This document shows, in pieces, positions 1-11,636 of a stretch of DNA of 64,000 nucleotides (its first letter is position 1; every line of letters starts with the position of its first letter). Made by a program: the position numbers and the translations under genes. The stretch is taken from positions 320,001 to 384,000 of the forward strand of contig CAXXSL010000016.1 in the NCBI GenBank assembly GCA_963675525.2, in the 5' to 3' direction. Below the pieces are notes generated by a model. The model saw nothing but the letters and a program-made list of their open reading frames with translations. It searched no databases and had not been told where the DNA came from. This stretch comes from Anaerohalosphaeraceae bacterium. GTDB taxonomy: Bacteria; Planctomycetota; Phycisphaerae; Sedimentisphaerales; Anaerohalosphaeraceae.

Positions 1-1044
1 GGCCGAACCGTTGGCATACTCGATCAAATCCAGCGCATCCTGCACATAAGGCTTCAGCTTATCCAGCGGCACCAACTGGGCATCCTGATACTGACAGGAC
101 ATCCCGCAGTTCAAAATAGGTACCGGCTCGGCACCGACGTCTTCACATAGACGGAAAAACTCAAAAAAGCCTAACCCGTATGACTGATAATATTCAGGCG
201 GCTTGTTCCAACCAGCCCATCGATTCCAGTTCAGCTTGCGCTCGGCCGGGTCACCGATCGTGTCTTTCCAGCGATACGCATTGGCCAGATCCTTGCCCTC
301 AACAATACAACCCCCGGGGAAACGGATAAAGGACGGTTTCATATCCGCCAGCATCTGCACAAGGTCAGCCCGCAGACCATTGGGCTGGTTTTTCCAGGTA
401 TCTTCCGGAAACAACGACACCATGTCAAGATCAACGCAGCCCTGCCCATTGACCAGCAAAGCCAGTACGGCATCCTTATCGTCGGCCTTTGCTTCAATAA
501 CCGCTGAATACTGCTTCCAGATTGAGCCGATGCCGCTGATGCGTGATTGCCCAAGAACCGCCCCGTCGCTGCTTTCCAGACGGATCAAAAGTCCCGCTTC
601 AAATTCCTTGTCAGAGCGGGCATAAACGGAAAACAGGTAATGGTCTTCTTTTTTGACAGTAATTCCTGCGTAGCCTGTGTTTTTAACGCCAACCACCCCT
701 TGATTTTCATGGGCCGTCAAACGAAGAAAATGGGGATTGTTGGCATTTAAGGGATCTGTGTTGAGTACTGCTATTTGAGCTTGGCCGCCCTTTTGCTCGA
801 CCTTGCTCCATCCGAAGAGAGGCTCTTCGAACTCAAATGAGCGGTTGCGAATCTGCTCGGCATACAATCCGCCATCCGCAGCAAAGTTGATGTCTTCAAA
901 AAACAACCCATAAAGCATCGGGCTGATCGCATGAACGGGTTCATCGGTATAGACGGTCAATTCAACTTTTGCCGAGGCAAAAACCACCCCTGACCCACAC
1001 ATCAACACAATCAATATCGCGCTTAGATAATTCCGCATACGCAT
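1..1044 (-). CDS. GH51 alpha-L-arabinofuranosidase, secreted; N-terminal part, runs off the window start
   Basis: Manual translation from ATG 1044 (RBS GGAGG): MRMRNYLSAILIVLMCGSGVVFASAK (signal peptide)...ISPMLYGLFFEDINFAADGGLYAEQIRNRSFE...KPSFIRFPGGCIVEG. Absent from the ORF track because there is no stop inside the window. Confidence 0.9.
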   Translation of the reverse strand, partial: MRMRNYLSAILIVLMCGSGVVFASAKVELTVYTDEPVHAISPMLYGLFFEDINFAADGGLYAEQIRNRSFEFEEPLFGWSKVEQKGGQAQIAVLNTDPLNANNPHFLRLTAHENQGVVGVKNTGYAGITVKKEDHYLFSVYARSDKEFEAGLLIRLESSDGAVLGQSRISGIGSIWKQYSAVIEAKADDKDAVLALLVNGQGCVDLDMVSLFPEDTWKNQPNGLRADLVQMLADMKPSFIRFPGGCIVEGKDLANAYRWKDTIGDPAERKLNWNRWAGWNKPPEYYQSYGLGFFEFFRLCEDVGAEPVPILNCGMSCQYQDAQLVPLDKLKPYVQDALDLIEYANGSA

Positions 1045-1110
1045 GATTTCAAACCTCCCTGCCTAAATCGGTCAATTACCACCAGAACCAACCGTGCCGA
1101 TATTTTAACC

Positions 1111-1154
1111 AAAAAAACAGACCGATTTAGAAATATCCTAAACCGGTCTGTTTT
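1111..1154 (-). terminator. Probable intrinsic terminator after the prepilin-domain gene
   Basis: AAAACAGACCGATTTAG-N7-CTAAACCGGTCTGTTTT inverted repeat with A/T tails. Confidence 0.6.
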
Positions 1155-1257
1155 GTGATCTTTGTGTTGCCGTCTTCGAAAAACAGCCCATATCGCATGA
1201 TTTGACTCATTGGTACACACTGCCGGTTCAACAATTGCCGACATAAATAAAAACCGC

Positions 1258-2214
1258 TTACCACCAGAACCACATCCCCTGTGAATACTGATGCTCGACA
1301 TTCTCAAATGATGCCTCCGTCGGAACATAATTGCCGGCCGATTTCCATCCGGCATGACCATCTGCAAAAGCAATATTCATGCCATCCGGTTTGGGCCCGG
1401 AATTCGTACCAGTACCTACCGATTGACGTGACAAATGATTAGTATCATCCGTCACAGTATTACTACTCAAATTCCATAATCCGCCTTGTATGTCCGAGAA
1501 CTGCCAATTGTTCCCGGCGCTGATAATCGCATCCAAAATAATCGGCTTTGAGCCGGCGGATTTTGCGTTAGAAAACCTTCTAACAACAGCCTTTTCCATA
1601 GGCTGCCCATTGACTTTGGTATAGGCGAGCCCTGAATTCGACCGGGGATCATACAAAGATATTCCGCTATTATGTTCCTTAACATATCGATCAAGAAGAT
1701 AAAGGTACGGTGCGACACGAAAGCTTGCCCGCTGTTGACTTATGTTCAACACGGTTTCATCTGCAAGGGGTTGAGTACTGGGACCGCGAGACGGAGGATT
1801 TGGACCAGACCAGACAAACTGCCACCACAGACTATCGTCCGGCTTTCGCATTTTATTCGACGGGCAGGTAAAAATCCGGGTATCTTCTTTCTCAAAGCCG
1901 GCATATTCACATAACTGATTCGTAAACCAAAAACTAACATCCCAAAACCAGCCACCCCCAATAGTAACATTTGTATTTGGTGGCGTCCCGCTTATGCTAT
2001 AAGGAACAGGGTTCGGCGCATAACTATCATTTTCATTAGCATAAAGTGTAATCCCAAGTCCTTGTTGTCGGACATGATTCGCGCAGATAACTCGTTGGGC
2101 ATAGACTTTCGCTTTCCCCAACGCCGGAAGAATTACGGCAAGGAGCAAGGCGATAATAGCAATGACCACCAGCAATTCAATTAATGTAAATCCAGTATCC
2201 TTTTTTAATTTCAT
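1258..2214 (-). CDS. Prepilin-type N-terminal cleavage/methylation domain protein with C-terminal H-X9-DG motif (DUF1559-like)
   Basis: GFTLIELLVVIAIIALLLAVILPAL at the N-terminus; NH...GMNIAFADGHA at the C-terminus; start moved to ATG 2214 (RBS GGAG). Confidence 0.9.
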   Translation of the reverse strand: MKLKKDTGFTLIELLVVIAIIALLLAVILPALGKAKVYAQRVICANHVRQQGLGITLYANENDSYAPNPVPYSISGTPPNTNVTIGGGWFWDVSFWFTNQLCEYAGFEKEDTRIFTCPSNKMRKPDDSLWWQFVWSGPNPPSRGPSTQPLADETVLNISQQRASFRVAPYLYLLDRYVKEHNSGISLYDPRSNSGLAYTKVNGQPMEKAVVRRFSNAKSAGSKPIILDAIISAGNNWQFSDIQGGLWNLSSNTVTDDTNHLSRQSVGTGTNSGPKPDGMNIAFADGHAGWKSAGNYVPTEASFENVEHQYSQGMWFWW

Positions 2215-2837
2215 AACGCTTAACTCCGCATAAATGATTTGTTCTTCCCTTATTCCCGTAAACCACAATCTTTGCGAGGTTTTAAAACCTGCATTGAATT
2301 CCTTATTAGTCTCTCTTGGCCGCCTGCTTGGTAAAAAAAATGTTTCGCTCCGGTTTAATCAACAAAACAGACATCGGACAAAAATCAGTCCCATCATCCG
2401 AGTCAATCATAAACGCCATGCTGTACCACCTCGTTATATAAGTCCTCCTGAAGATACTATTATGCGGGAGAACGTCGTTAAAAACAAGTCCATATTGCGT
2501 TAAAATATAACCGGTTTGCGCAAAAGCGTTTTTTTATATAACTATAATCACTTATCACGCGAAAAGTTTTGATTTTTACTAAAACTTGTTCCATCAATTA
2601 TAGAATGTCAGAAGAATAAATATTTAGTCGATTTTTCGCTAATATTGACTGATTTTTTTGTTTTTTATGTAAGATTCCTGCGATTTTTGACCGTTTGAAA
2701 TCATCTGATCCCCGTCCTTGCTCATTGACCGCTGTTTTTGCTGAAAATCGTTGTTTTTTGACTGTTTTTGTGGTAATCATTGGGTTTAGAAATAGATTTC
2801 TGAACCCAAAACACATAATCTAGACAGAGGTTTACCC

Positions 2838-4811
2838 ATGGCACAGACACTGACATACAAAATTCTTCAAAAACACCTGGTCGAGGGCGAATTAAAACAG
2901 GGTCAGCCAATCGGCATCCGCATTGACCAGACCCTAACACAGGACGCCACGGGCACCACCGCTTTTCTTCTGTTTGAATCGATGGGCACCGCCCGGGTCC
3001 AGACCGAGTTGTCGGTAAGCTATGTTGACCATAACATGAGCCAGTTTGGCCCGGAAAATCACAATGACCACCTCTATCTGCAAACGATTGCCGCCAAAAG
3101 CGGCGTGTATCATTCGCGGCCAGGCAATGGAATCTGTCACCAGGTTCATCTGGAGCGATTCGGCAAACCCGGCGCGACGCTGCTGGGAAGCGACTCGCAC
3201 ACACCAACCGGCGGCGGGGTCGGGATGCTGGCCATTGGAGCCGGCGGGATGGATGTGGCGGTTGCGATGGGCGGCGGCCCGTTCTATCTGGCCTGTCCGA
3301 AAGTCATCGGGGTGGAACTGACGGGGATACTACCTGAATGGGTGGCCGCAAAAGATATTATTCTGAAGCTGCTGAGCATTCTGACAACCAAAGGAAACGT
3401 CGGCTGTGTGGTGGAATATTTCGGCAAAGGCGTTGAGACCCTTTCCGTGCCGCAGCGCGCCACGATCACGAATATGGGTGCCGAACTGGGCGTGACGAGC
3501 AGTCTTTTCCCCAGCGATGAGAAAACGCTTGAATTCCTTGAACTGCAGGGGCGTGAAAAAGTCTATACACCGCTGCATCCGGACCCGGAAGCACCTTATG
3601 ACCGTGTTATTCAAATCAATCTTTCCGATCTGGAACCGATGGCGGCGTGTCCGTCTTCGCCGGACAATATCGCCCCGATTTCGGAGATCGCCGGACGCAA
3701 AATTCATCAGGTGGTCATCGGAAGCTGCACGAACTCCAGCTATATGGATATGATGATGGTCGCCGAGGCGCTCAAAGGCCGTAAGATCGACGCGATGGTC
3801 GAGTTGGGCATCGCTCCCGGCAGCAAGCAGGTCCTGCAGATGCTGGCGGAAAACGGGGCACTGGCCAACCTGATCGCAGCGGGCGCTCGCCTCGTTGAGT
3901 CCGGCTGCGGACCGTGTATCGGGCAGGGGTTTTCTCCGGCCAGTGGTACCGTTACGCTGCGAACATTCAACCGAAACTTCGCAGGACGAACCGGCAGCAA
4001 AGGCGACCAGTGCTACCTTGTCAGTCCGGAAACAGCGGTGGCCTCTGCGATCATGGGTGAAATCGCTGACCCGCGCGATTTGAAAAATATGATGGGTCTG
4101 AGCTATCCGAAGATCAAGTCTCCCAAAGAATTTCTGATTGACGACAGCATGATCGAAAAACCGGTGCCCGCCGACCAAGCCAGCAAGGTCGAAGTACTCC
4201 GAGGGCCAACCATCGTCGTGCCCGAATCACCGAAACCGTTGTCGGAAAATCTCAGCGGCCGTGTTCTGCTGAAATGCAAAGATAAGATCACAACGGACCA
4301 TATTATGCCTGCCGGAGTGTTCTTGAAATACCGTTCTAATGTGCCGGAGTATTCAAAGTACGTGTTTAACTGCTTTAATGAAGAAGGCAGGCCGACCTTT
4401 GCCGAAAGCGGACTGGCACTGAAAAAAGAAGGCCTCGGCGGGATCGTGGTTGCCGGTGACAGTTACGGCCAGGGCTCCAGCCGGGAACACGCAGCCTTGT
4501 GCCCGATGTATCTGGGTGTTCGCGCGGTGATCGCCAAAAGCATCGAGCGCATTCATAAGGCCAACCTGATCAACTTCTGCATTGTACCGATCGAGTTCGA
4601 CAACCCGGATGATTATGACAGGATCAATCCCGACGATCAGATTGAAATAGCGGACCTGCAGGATGCGGTCAAATACAATGATTCGGTTACGCTGATCGAC
4701 AAAACCGCCGGGTTTGAGTTTACGGGTAAACTGACACTGTCGGCACGCGACCGTGATATCCTGCTGGCGGGCGGTTTACTGGCCTATACGAAAAAGGCTG
4801 CTAAGCGATGA
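2838..4811 (+). CDS. Aconitate hydratase (single-chain, Aquifex-type aconitase family)
   Basis: QDATGT, DH, GICHQ, GSDSHT, IGSCTN, CGPCIG, RTFNRNF, ITTDHI and GQGSSREHA aconitase motifs. Confidence 0.9.
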   Translation: MAQTLTYKILQKHLVEGELKQGQPIGIRIDQTLTQDATGTTAFLLFESMGTARVQTELSVSYVDHNMSQFGPENHNDHLYLQTIAAKSGVYHSRPGNGICHQVHLERFGKPGATLLGSDSHTPTGGGVGMLAIGAGGMDVAVAMGGGPFYLACPKVIGVELTGILPEWVAAKDIILKLLSILTTKGNVGCVVEYFGKGVETLSVPQRATITNMGAELGVTSSLFPSDEKTLEFLELQGREKVYTPLHPDPEAPYDRVIQINLSDLEPMAACPSSPDNIAPISEIAGRKIHQVVIGSCTNSSYMDMMMVAEALKGRKIDAMVELGIAPGSKQVLQMLAENGALANLIAAGARLVESGCGPCIGQGFSPASGTVTLRTFNRNFAGRTGSKGDQCYLVSPETAVASAIMGEIADPRDLKNMMGLSYPKIKSPKEFLIDDSMIEKPVPADQASKVEVLRGPTIVVPESPKPLSENLSGRVLLKCKDKITTDHIMPAGVFLKYRSNVPEYSKYVFNCFNEEGRPTFAESGLALKKEGLGGIVVAGDSYGQGSSREHAALCPMYLGVRAVIAKSIERIHKANLINFCIVPIEFDNPDDYDRINPDDQIEIADLQDAVKYNDSVTLIDKTAGFEFTGKLTLSARDRDILLAGGLLAYTKKAAKR

Positions 4812-5353
4812 CCCACAATCAAAACATTGTGACGGTCTTTGGCACCAGCAAGGCTGCTCCGGGTGATTCGGTTTTTGAGCTAGCCGAAAGCGTGGGCCGA
4901 TTACTAGCGGAAAATGGGCTTACTATCGCCAATGGCGGCTACGGCGGAACGATGCTGGCGGCGGCTAAAGGTGCTGCCGAGGCCGGCGGAAAGGTGATCG
5001 GCGTGACGTGCCGGGCTTTTAAACGCGGAAAAGCCAATGAATACGTTACCGAAGAGGTCCAAACCGACTGTTTGGCCGAGCGGCTGGGTAAATTGGTCGA
5101 ACTGGGCGATGCCTACCTCGTCCTGCCCGGGGGCACCGGTACCCTGCTGGAACTGGCCGATGTCTGGGAGCATAAAAATAAAGGATTTTCAAATGCCGAC
5201 AAACCGATTATACTGGTAGGCGTGTTCTGGCAGCCGCTAGTGGGCATGATGGTCGCCGCAGATACTGACAGCGTCGAGCACATTGAGTGTGCCGAAACCG
5301 GCAGAAGACGCAGTTGAACTTTTAAAAATGAACCTGGATATAACGCGATTATG
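4808..5353 (+). CDS. LOG-family / lysine-decarboxylase-like Rossmann protein; probable +1 frameshift near 5300
   Basis: GGYGGTM and PGGTGTLLEL motifs. Removing one G near 5300 changes the end to ETAEDAVELLKMNLDITRL*, whose TGA overlaps the next gene's start. The ORF as given stops at 5317. Confidence 0.85.
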
Positions 5354-6151
5354 ATGACGTTAAAAAAAATTATCCTGTTGTTGACATATATCGGTCTTGC
5401 ACTACCAGCAGCAGCCAAAACCATCATCGAAGAGGGGTTTATTATTGACGGCGTCGAGGGTATCGTCCGCAAGGTCGAAAAGGTCGATGTATGGAATTTC
5501 ATCCCCGAGACTAAAATAACGACACCTAAGGGGACATTGCCCGCCAACAACCCCATCAGCCTGCTGCCCTGTTCGACCCTGGAACAGATCTCCTTGCTGG
5601 CCGGAGGTGACAACAAAATCCATGTGCGTCTGTGGGGGATGTTCACCGAGTACGACGGGAACAATTATTTGCTGAGTGTGTACTTTCTACCGATCAGCGA
5701 GGATGCCGAAGTCAAGCCGGCAAAGGGCGATGAGTCCACCGGCAACAAAGATGAAAAGGCTGCGGCCGATAAGGACAAAGACGAAGAAGACTCGATCATT
5801 CCAACCGACATTCTCAAGCAAATCAAATCAACCAAGACCCCGGACCTGGAAAAATTTCAGCAGATCGCCAAGGTTGCCGGCGATACCAACTTGATTGGCC
5901 GGGCCGGACACCTGAAGAAAGAAGGCAAGTTGAAATATTTTCAGCCGAATGCTTTCGGTTATAACGTCAATCCCAGCAAATATATTCTGCTTCCGTGTAA
6001 AACGCTTAAATCTGCGGAAAAGCAAATGGGTAAATCGCCGGGCCGGCAGCGTTATGACGTCTCCGGATTGGTCACCGTTTATAAGGGACGTCAGTATCTC
6101 CTGCTTCGCCGAACCGTGCGGACCTATACAAACGGGAATTTTACACAATAG
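5351..6151 (+). CDS. Exported hypothetical protein with an internal two-domain duplication
   Basis: Signal peptide; repeats LLPCSTLEQ...GMFTEYDGNNYLL and LLPCKTLKS...GLVTVYKGRQYLL separated by a charged linker. Confidence 0.75.
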   Translation: MMTLKKIILLLTYIGLALPAAAKTIIEEGFIIDGVEGIVRKVEKVDVWNFIPETKITTPKGTLPANNPISLLPCSTLEQISLLAGGDNKIHVRLWGMFTEYDGNNYLLSVYFLPISEDAEVKPAKGDESTGNKDEKAAADKDKDEEDSIIPTDILKQIKSTKTPDLEKFQQIAKVAGDTNLIGRAGHLKKEGKLKYFQPNAFGYNVNPSKYILLPCKTLKSAEKQMGKSPGRQRYDVSGLVTVYKGRQYLLLRRTVRTYTNGNFTQ

Positions 6152-6155
6152 TTTT

Positions 6156-6177
6156 TGGTGGGCAAGGCCCACTCTAC
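6156..6177 (-). repeat. GTAG-type REP hairpin
   Basis: Reverse complement reads GTAGAGTGGGCCTTGCCCACCA. Confidence 0.6.
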
Positions 6178-6192
6178 TCTTGAGGGTTTTAA

Positions 6193-7503
6193 GTGGCGAA
6201 TCAATTTGATGAAATTTTGTTTCTGACTTCGGATACGGATTATCCAAAACGAATTCAGCGTTTACAAACCGAACACTCCATGAGCGAGTTTCTCAAAAAT
6301 CGCGGTGAGCTTACTGAAACGGTTCGTCACATCGTTGCTGATGTTGCCGAGCGAGGCGATGCGGCCGTGGCCGAATATACGGAAAAGTTCGACAAGGTCA
6401 AGCTAACCTCCTCTGAATTTCGTGTTCCGGCTGAAGAGCTAAAATTCGCTCACAAGCAATTAGAACCGATGCTACTGGAATCGCTGCGAAAATCGATCGC
6501 TAATGTGCAACACTATCAATCCGAAATTTTTATCGGCAATAAAAATACACATCCGGGCATTCGCTATAGCCCGCTCAGGCGGGTTGCTTTATGCATCCCC
6601 GGTGCCAGTGCCCCGCTGCCGAGCACGGTGATCATGACGGCCGTGCCTGCACAGGTCGCAGGGGTTAAAGAATTAGTTGTACTCAGCCCGCCGCGATATA
6701 AAGGCAGTATCCATCCGGTGATTCTGGGGCTGTGTCACGAACTGGGAATAACGGAAGTCTATCGGCTCGGCGGTGCGCAGGCAGTCGCCGCTGCCGGTTG
6801 GGGCACCGAAACCATCGCCAAGGTTGATAAGATCGTCGGTCCCGGGCATGATGTGGTTCAGCTTGCCAAAAAGGAAGTTTTCGGGCTGGTGGATATGGAT
6901 TCATTTGCCGGGCCGAGCGATGTGCTGATCGTGGCCAATGACAAGGCCAATCCGGCATGGGTGGCCGCCGACATGCTTAGTCAGGCCGAACATAATCCCG
7001 GTGCGGGTATTGTCGTGACGGACTCGAAAGACTTTGCCGAAAAGGTACTGGCCGAACTTGAAATCCAATGCGCCCAATTGAACCGGGCCAAAGGGACCGC
7101 TGAATGCCTGAAAGCCTATAGTGGAATCATCGTCTGTGAAACAATGGACGCAGTCATTGATTGGGCCAATGACTTTGCGGCTGAGCATTTGCAGGTCCAG
7201 TGCGGCAACGGCAAGCAGAGTAAGGATATCAGCAAAAAACTGGTGAATGCGGGCGCGATCTTCATCGGACCCTATACACCGGTGGCGGTCGGCGACTACT
7301 GGGCCGGGCCGAGCCACACTCTGCCGACACGGCAGACCAGCAAATTCTTCAGCGCGGTGACCAGTAACGACTTTGTGAAGTCCAGCAGCATCATTGAATA
7401 CACACAGCAACAGTTAGCCGACGCGGCTGATGATATCATCCGGCTGGCGATGACCGAAGGCCTCGACGCCCACGCCAAAAGCGTACAAAAACGTTTGAAA
7501 TAA
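6193..7503 (+). CDS. hisD: Histidinol dehydrogenase
   Basis: GGAQAVAA, KIVGPG, AGPSD, DMLSQAEH, AEHL, GDYWAGPSHTLPT. Confidence 0.95.
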   Translation: MANQFDEILFLTSDTDYPKRIQRLQTEHSMSEFLKNRGELTETVRHIVADVAERGDAAVAEYTEKFDKVKLTSSEFRVPAEELKFAHKQLEPMLLESLRKSIANVQHYQSEIFIGNKNTHPGIRYSPLRRVALCIPGASAPLPSTVIMTAVPAQVAGVKELVVLSPPRYKGSIHPVILGLCHELGITEVYRLGGAQAVAAAGWGTETIAKVDKIVGPGHDVVQLAKKEVFGLVDMDSFAGPSDVLIVANDKANPAWVAADMLSQAEHNPGAGIVVTDSKDFAEKVLAELEIQCAQLNRAKGTAECLKAYSGIIVCETMDAVIDWANDFAAEHLQVQCGNGKQSKDISKKLVNAGAIFIGPYTPVAVGDYWAGPSHTLPTRQTSKFFSAVTSNDFVKSSSIIEYTQQQLADAADDIIRLAMTEGLDAHAKSVQKRLK

Positions 7504-7528
7504 AAAACAAAGGCAGTGAGAAAGCAAA

Positions 7529-8032
7529 ATGGTTTTCTTCGGATGTATACTATTGACGAACATTCTTGCCAGTGGCTGGAATGATTATGATATTCCGTTG
7601 CAAAGAGAATATCATTTACTTAGAACTAATGCTTATACTATAATGATCTATAAGGAGAGTGAAGGTTTTGTTGTTCCTCCTAAAATAATCGGTTTAGGCA
7701 TTAAGAGAAGTTTAATATATGGCGTATGCGAAAAAATTAAAGAATCTGATATAGAAGGAATTTCCGGTTATTTTTTGTTAGATACGCAGAAATCGATTGC
7801 AAAAGTCGGGCTTACAAAAACAGATTGGTTGGGGGAACTAAAGAAATATAACATCTCAAAAGAACCTATCCTGAAAAAACCGAGTAGGTATTGGAATTTG
7901 GTTAATAATTTCAAGATCGTTCTCTGTGCGTTCCTATCGTGGTGTTTAATCTTTATCGTTATAGCGGTTATTTATAACAGAAAGATGAAAAAACGTCAAT
8001 TTCACCTTGCTCAAATGCCTCCACACGCCTGA
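7529..8032 (+). CDS. AT-rich membrane-anchored hypothetical protein (DUF3997-like, tentative)
   Basis: 167 aa ORF, low GC, C-terminal TM helix plus basic tail. Confidence 0.6.
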   Translation: MVFFGCILLTNILASGWNDYDIPLQREYHLLRTNAYTIMIYKESEGFVVPPKIIGLGIKRSLIYGVCEKIKESDIEGISGYFLLDTQKSIAKVGLTKTDWLGELKKYNISKEPILKKPSRYWNLVNNFKIVLCAFLSWCLIFIVIAVIYNRKMKKRQFHLAQMPPHA

Positions 8033-8051
8033 AACATCTCAGTAAAATCAA

Positions 8052-8831
8052 TCACACATCCCAGCGTAGTTTTTCTTCGTTGTGGTAGAAGAAGCGTCCC
8101 AAAAAATAGGTATCCATCATCAACAGGTAAAGACCAGATGCTCTGATCACCAACAGGATCAGGAGATTCATCGAACCGCTTTTGACCGCAGACAATCCCA
8201 GAAATAACAGTACGGGCACACAGAATAACAAAACAACAAGAAGATAAGAGAAAAAGGTGCTGAAAATCGACGCGACAATCAAAATGGGATTTAGTGCATT
8301 GATCGTGTCGAATATTACAACGGCCAGTAGAAACATCGGCAGAAAGAAAATTCCTACGCCAAGAATAACCCAAAAAATTCCGTCCCCCGTCTCCGTATAA
8401 TGTCTTAGAATAAAGGCCGGTGCGATACAGATGCAGATTGTCATCGCCATCAGGAAAAACTGACGAAGCCAATCCCAAAACGAATCATCCTGGCTGAATT
8501 CGAAAACATTCGGTGCTTTTATCTGTCCTTCGGCACTGGCGCGGATACAGACAGCCAGATACCAGAATGTCGATAATGAAACGGTCCCTTTTACCAGCAA
8601 TCCAGTCAGGAACATTGCATTTCGAAGGATAGACGGCATCATATACAGCAGAAGAACCCACAAAAATGGTATGCCGGCATAGATGGCGATCACACTCAAA
8701 CCGGGTCCGCTGATTGGATAGGTAAATACCCGAGAAAAGGTTGGCTGTTCGGGTTGTTCTTCAGTTACAATATCCGACTCTTCAACGTCCGGGGCGGCTG
8801 CCATACGCTGTAACATTGTGTTATCAATCAT
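8052..8831 (-). CDS. Multi-pass membrane protein (DUF4013-like, tentative)
   Basis: Several hydrophobic helices; start placed at ATG 8831 (MIDNTML) to avoid overlap with alaS. Confidence 0.65.
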   Translation of the reverse strand: MIDNTMLQRMAAAPDVEESDIVTEEQPEQPTFSRVFTYPISGPGLSVIAIYAGIPFLWVLLLYMMPSILRNAMFLTGLLVKGTVSLSTFWYLAVCIRASAEGQIKAPNVFEFSQDDSFWDWLRQFFLMAMTICICIAPAFILRHYTETGDGIFWVILGVGIFFLPMFLLAVVIFDTINALNPILIVASIFSTFFSYLLVVLLFCVPVLLFLGLSAVKSGSMNLLILLVIRASGLYLLMMDTYFLGRFFYHNEEKLRWDV

Positions 8832-8898
8832 ACGAATTCCCTTCTGAGAATGCTTTTTCGTATGCTTAGACGCGCAGACAACAAAAATGTTGCGATTC

Positions 8899-11611
8899 TT
8901 ATGCCAGTTTTTCTCTGATGAATGCGCTGGCCCTGCTGAGAGCATCGTTCAGTTTAGAAGCGTCTTTGCCGCCGGCCTGTGCCATGTCGGGCCGTCCCCC
9001 GCCGCCGCCGCCAACGATCGGGGCGATCTCTTTGACAATATCACCGGCTTTAACACCCTTCTTGATCAGGTCATCAGTAACACCGGCCAGCAGCATCACC
9101 TTGCCGTCTTCAGAGGCAATGCCCAATACGATCACGGCGGATTTGGCCTTTTTCTTCAGGCTGTCGATGGCCGTCCGCGCCTGGTCAACCGGAGCATTTG
9201 GCATCTGACCGATGATCACCGAGGCATCGCCGATCGTCTCAGCCGATTCAAGCAGCTTATTAGACTCGGCCAGTGCATCGGAAGCGGACTTTCCGCCGCC
9301 GGACTTCAGTTCCTTCTTGAGTGCCTTGTTGTCGTCCAGCAGTTTATTGACCCTTGCGGTAATTTGATCCGCGGGAGCTTTGAGGGTTTCGACCAGTTCA
9401 TCCACAACCCGGCTGCGGCCCAGCAGATGCTGCATCAAGCCCGGGCCGGTCAGTGCAGTGATACGACGAACCCCGGCCGAAACACTTTCTTCCTTTTGAA
9501 TCGCAAAGCCGCCTATTTCACCGGTATTGGATACATGCGTGCCGCCGCAGAACTCCTTGCTGAAGGCATCCTTGATCTGGTTTTTATTCGCTGCGCCAAT
9601 CGCCAAAACACGGACCTCGCTGCCGTACTTTTCACCGAACAGGGCCATCGCGCCCAGTTCTTTTGCCTCGTCAATTCCCATAACGGCCGTGGTCACGGGG
9701 AGCCCTTCTTCGATTTTCTCCTGAACAAGGGATTCGACCTGCTGAATCTGTTCGCCGGTCAGCGCCTTGGGGTTCGTGAAATCAAACCGCAGATAGTCCG
9801 GACACACCAGTGACCCCTGCTGTTTGACCGAATCGCCCAGCACGGATTGCAGGGCCCACTGCAGAATATGGGTGGCTGTATGATTTTTTTTGCTGGCCAG
9901 TCGATCCTTATCAACCACAGCCTGCACCTGATCGCCCACCCACAGCGAACCGGATAACAATTTTCCACGATGCAGGACACAATCGGCGATCTTTTCGGTT
10001 GCTTCCACCGCAAACACCGCATCATTGGTTTTGATCATACCGCAGTCGCCCGCCTGCCCGCCGGACTCGGCATAGAAACAGGTCTTGTTCAGAACCAGCC
10101 CTACCGTTCTTTCAGTATCCGTCAACTCGCCTTTGGTCTGAAGGCCGTTTTCGTCGATCCAGCCGACCAGTTTGGCCATGCAGGTTTCGGTTGTGTACTT
10201 ATGAGAATCGTCCGTTGCGGGAAGTTCAACGCCGGTCAGGTTCGATGCCAGCGAACTGGACTTCTGCGCGGCCCGGGCACGCTGCCGCTGCTGGGTCATC
10301 AGGTTCTCAAATTCGTCCACATCCACATTCAGTCCCTGTTCGCGTGCCAAAAGCTGCGTCAAGTCCAGCGGAAAACCATAGGTGTCATACAACTGAAATG
10401 CATCTTCCCCGGAGATCGTTTTATTTTTTGCATCTTTGGCGGCATTCGCAAAAATCTCCAACCCGCGGTCCAGCGTTCGCCCGAACGATGCCTCCTCAGC
10501 CTGAATCACCGACGCAACAAATTCGCGCCGTTCTTTGATCTCGCCGAATGCCTCGCCCATATACCCGACGACCACATCGACCAGTTTGTGCATGAACGGC
10601 TCATGCAGGTCCAGCGAACGTCCAAACCGGCAGGCCCGCCGCAGGATGCGCCGCATCACGTACCCTCGACCATCGTTGCTGGGTGTGACGCCATCGGCGA
10701 TCGCAAAGGTTAATGTACGGATATGGTCAGCGATCACCCGGAAGGCATTATCGGTTTTGCTGCCGAGCTTTGACGTATATTGTTTGCCGGACAGTTTTTC
10801 CACCGCTCGAGATGATCGGCATAAACAAGTCGGTATCATAATTGCTCTGCTTTTTCTGCAGAACGGCGGTGATCCGCTCCAACCCCGCACCGGTATCGAC
10901 ATAACTGGCATTGAGTTTCTCCAGGACGCCATCAGGCTTGCGGTTGTATTGGATGAACACCAGGTTCCACAATTCAATAAAGCGGCTGCATCCGGCGTTA
11001 ACGGCACATTGGTGCCCCGGAACATGCTGCATATCACAGCGATCGGGGCCAAGGTCGATATGGATCTCACTGCACGGACCGCAGGGGCCGTTGGCTCCCA
11101 TCTCCCAGAAGTTGTCTTTCTTGCCGCAGAATAAAACACGCTCTTTCGGCAGCGGCGTCAGTGTTGTCCAAAGCTCGGCCGCCTCCGTATCGGCAGGACA
11201 ATGATCTTTATCGTCGCCTTTAAAAACCGTCGCCCACAGCAGGTCCGGATCGATCTTATAGACCCCGGTCAACAACTCCCAGGCCCACTGGATCGCTTCG
11301 GCCTTGAAATAATCATCGAACGACCAGTTGCCCAGCATCTCGAAGAACGTGTGATGATAGGTGTCGATGCCGACTTCTTCTAGGTCATTGTGCTTGCCGG
11401 ACACGCGAATGCATTTCTGGCTGTTCACGGCACGGCGAAATGCCGGAGCACGATGGCCCAGGAAAAACTCCTTGAACTGGTTCATGCCCGCATTGGTGAA
11501 CAACAACGAATCATCACCGATGGGCACGACCGGCCAGCTCGGGATGAACAGATGTTCCTTGTCCTTAAAAAATTCAATGAACGCGCTTCGAATTTCCTGA
11601 CTTGTCAGCAC
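8899..11611 (-). CDS. alaS: Alanine--tRNA ligase; one apparent +1 frameshift near 10808
   Basis: N-half [42 protein letters not shown]-half [41 protein letters not shown]. The halves join as MPII(S/R)AVEKLSGK when one base is removed. Confidence 0.95.
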
Positions 11612-11636
11612 AGTGTTGCTCTTTCAATACAAATTA

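Noticed and set aside
2508..2532. LacI-type operators (AACCGGTT, AAAAGCGTTTT) upstream of the prepilin/GH51 genes
   Set aside because: Short palindromes in AT-rich DNA with no LacI gene in the window; cannot be supported.
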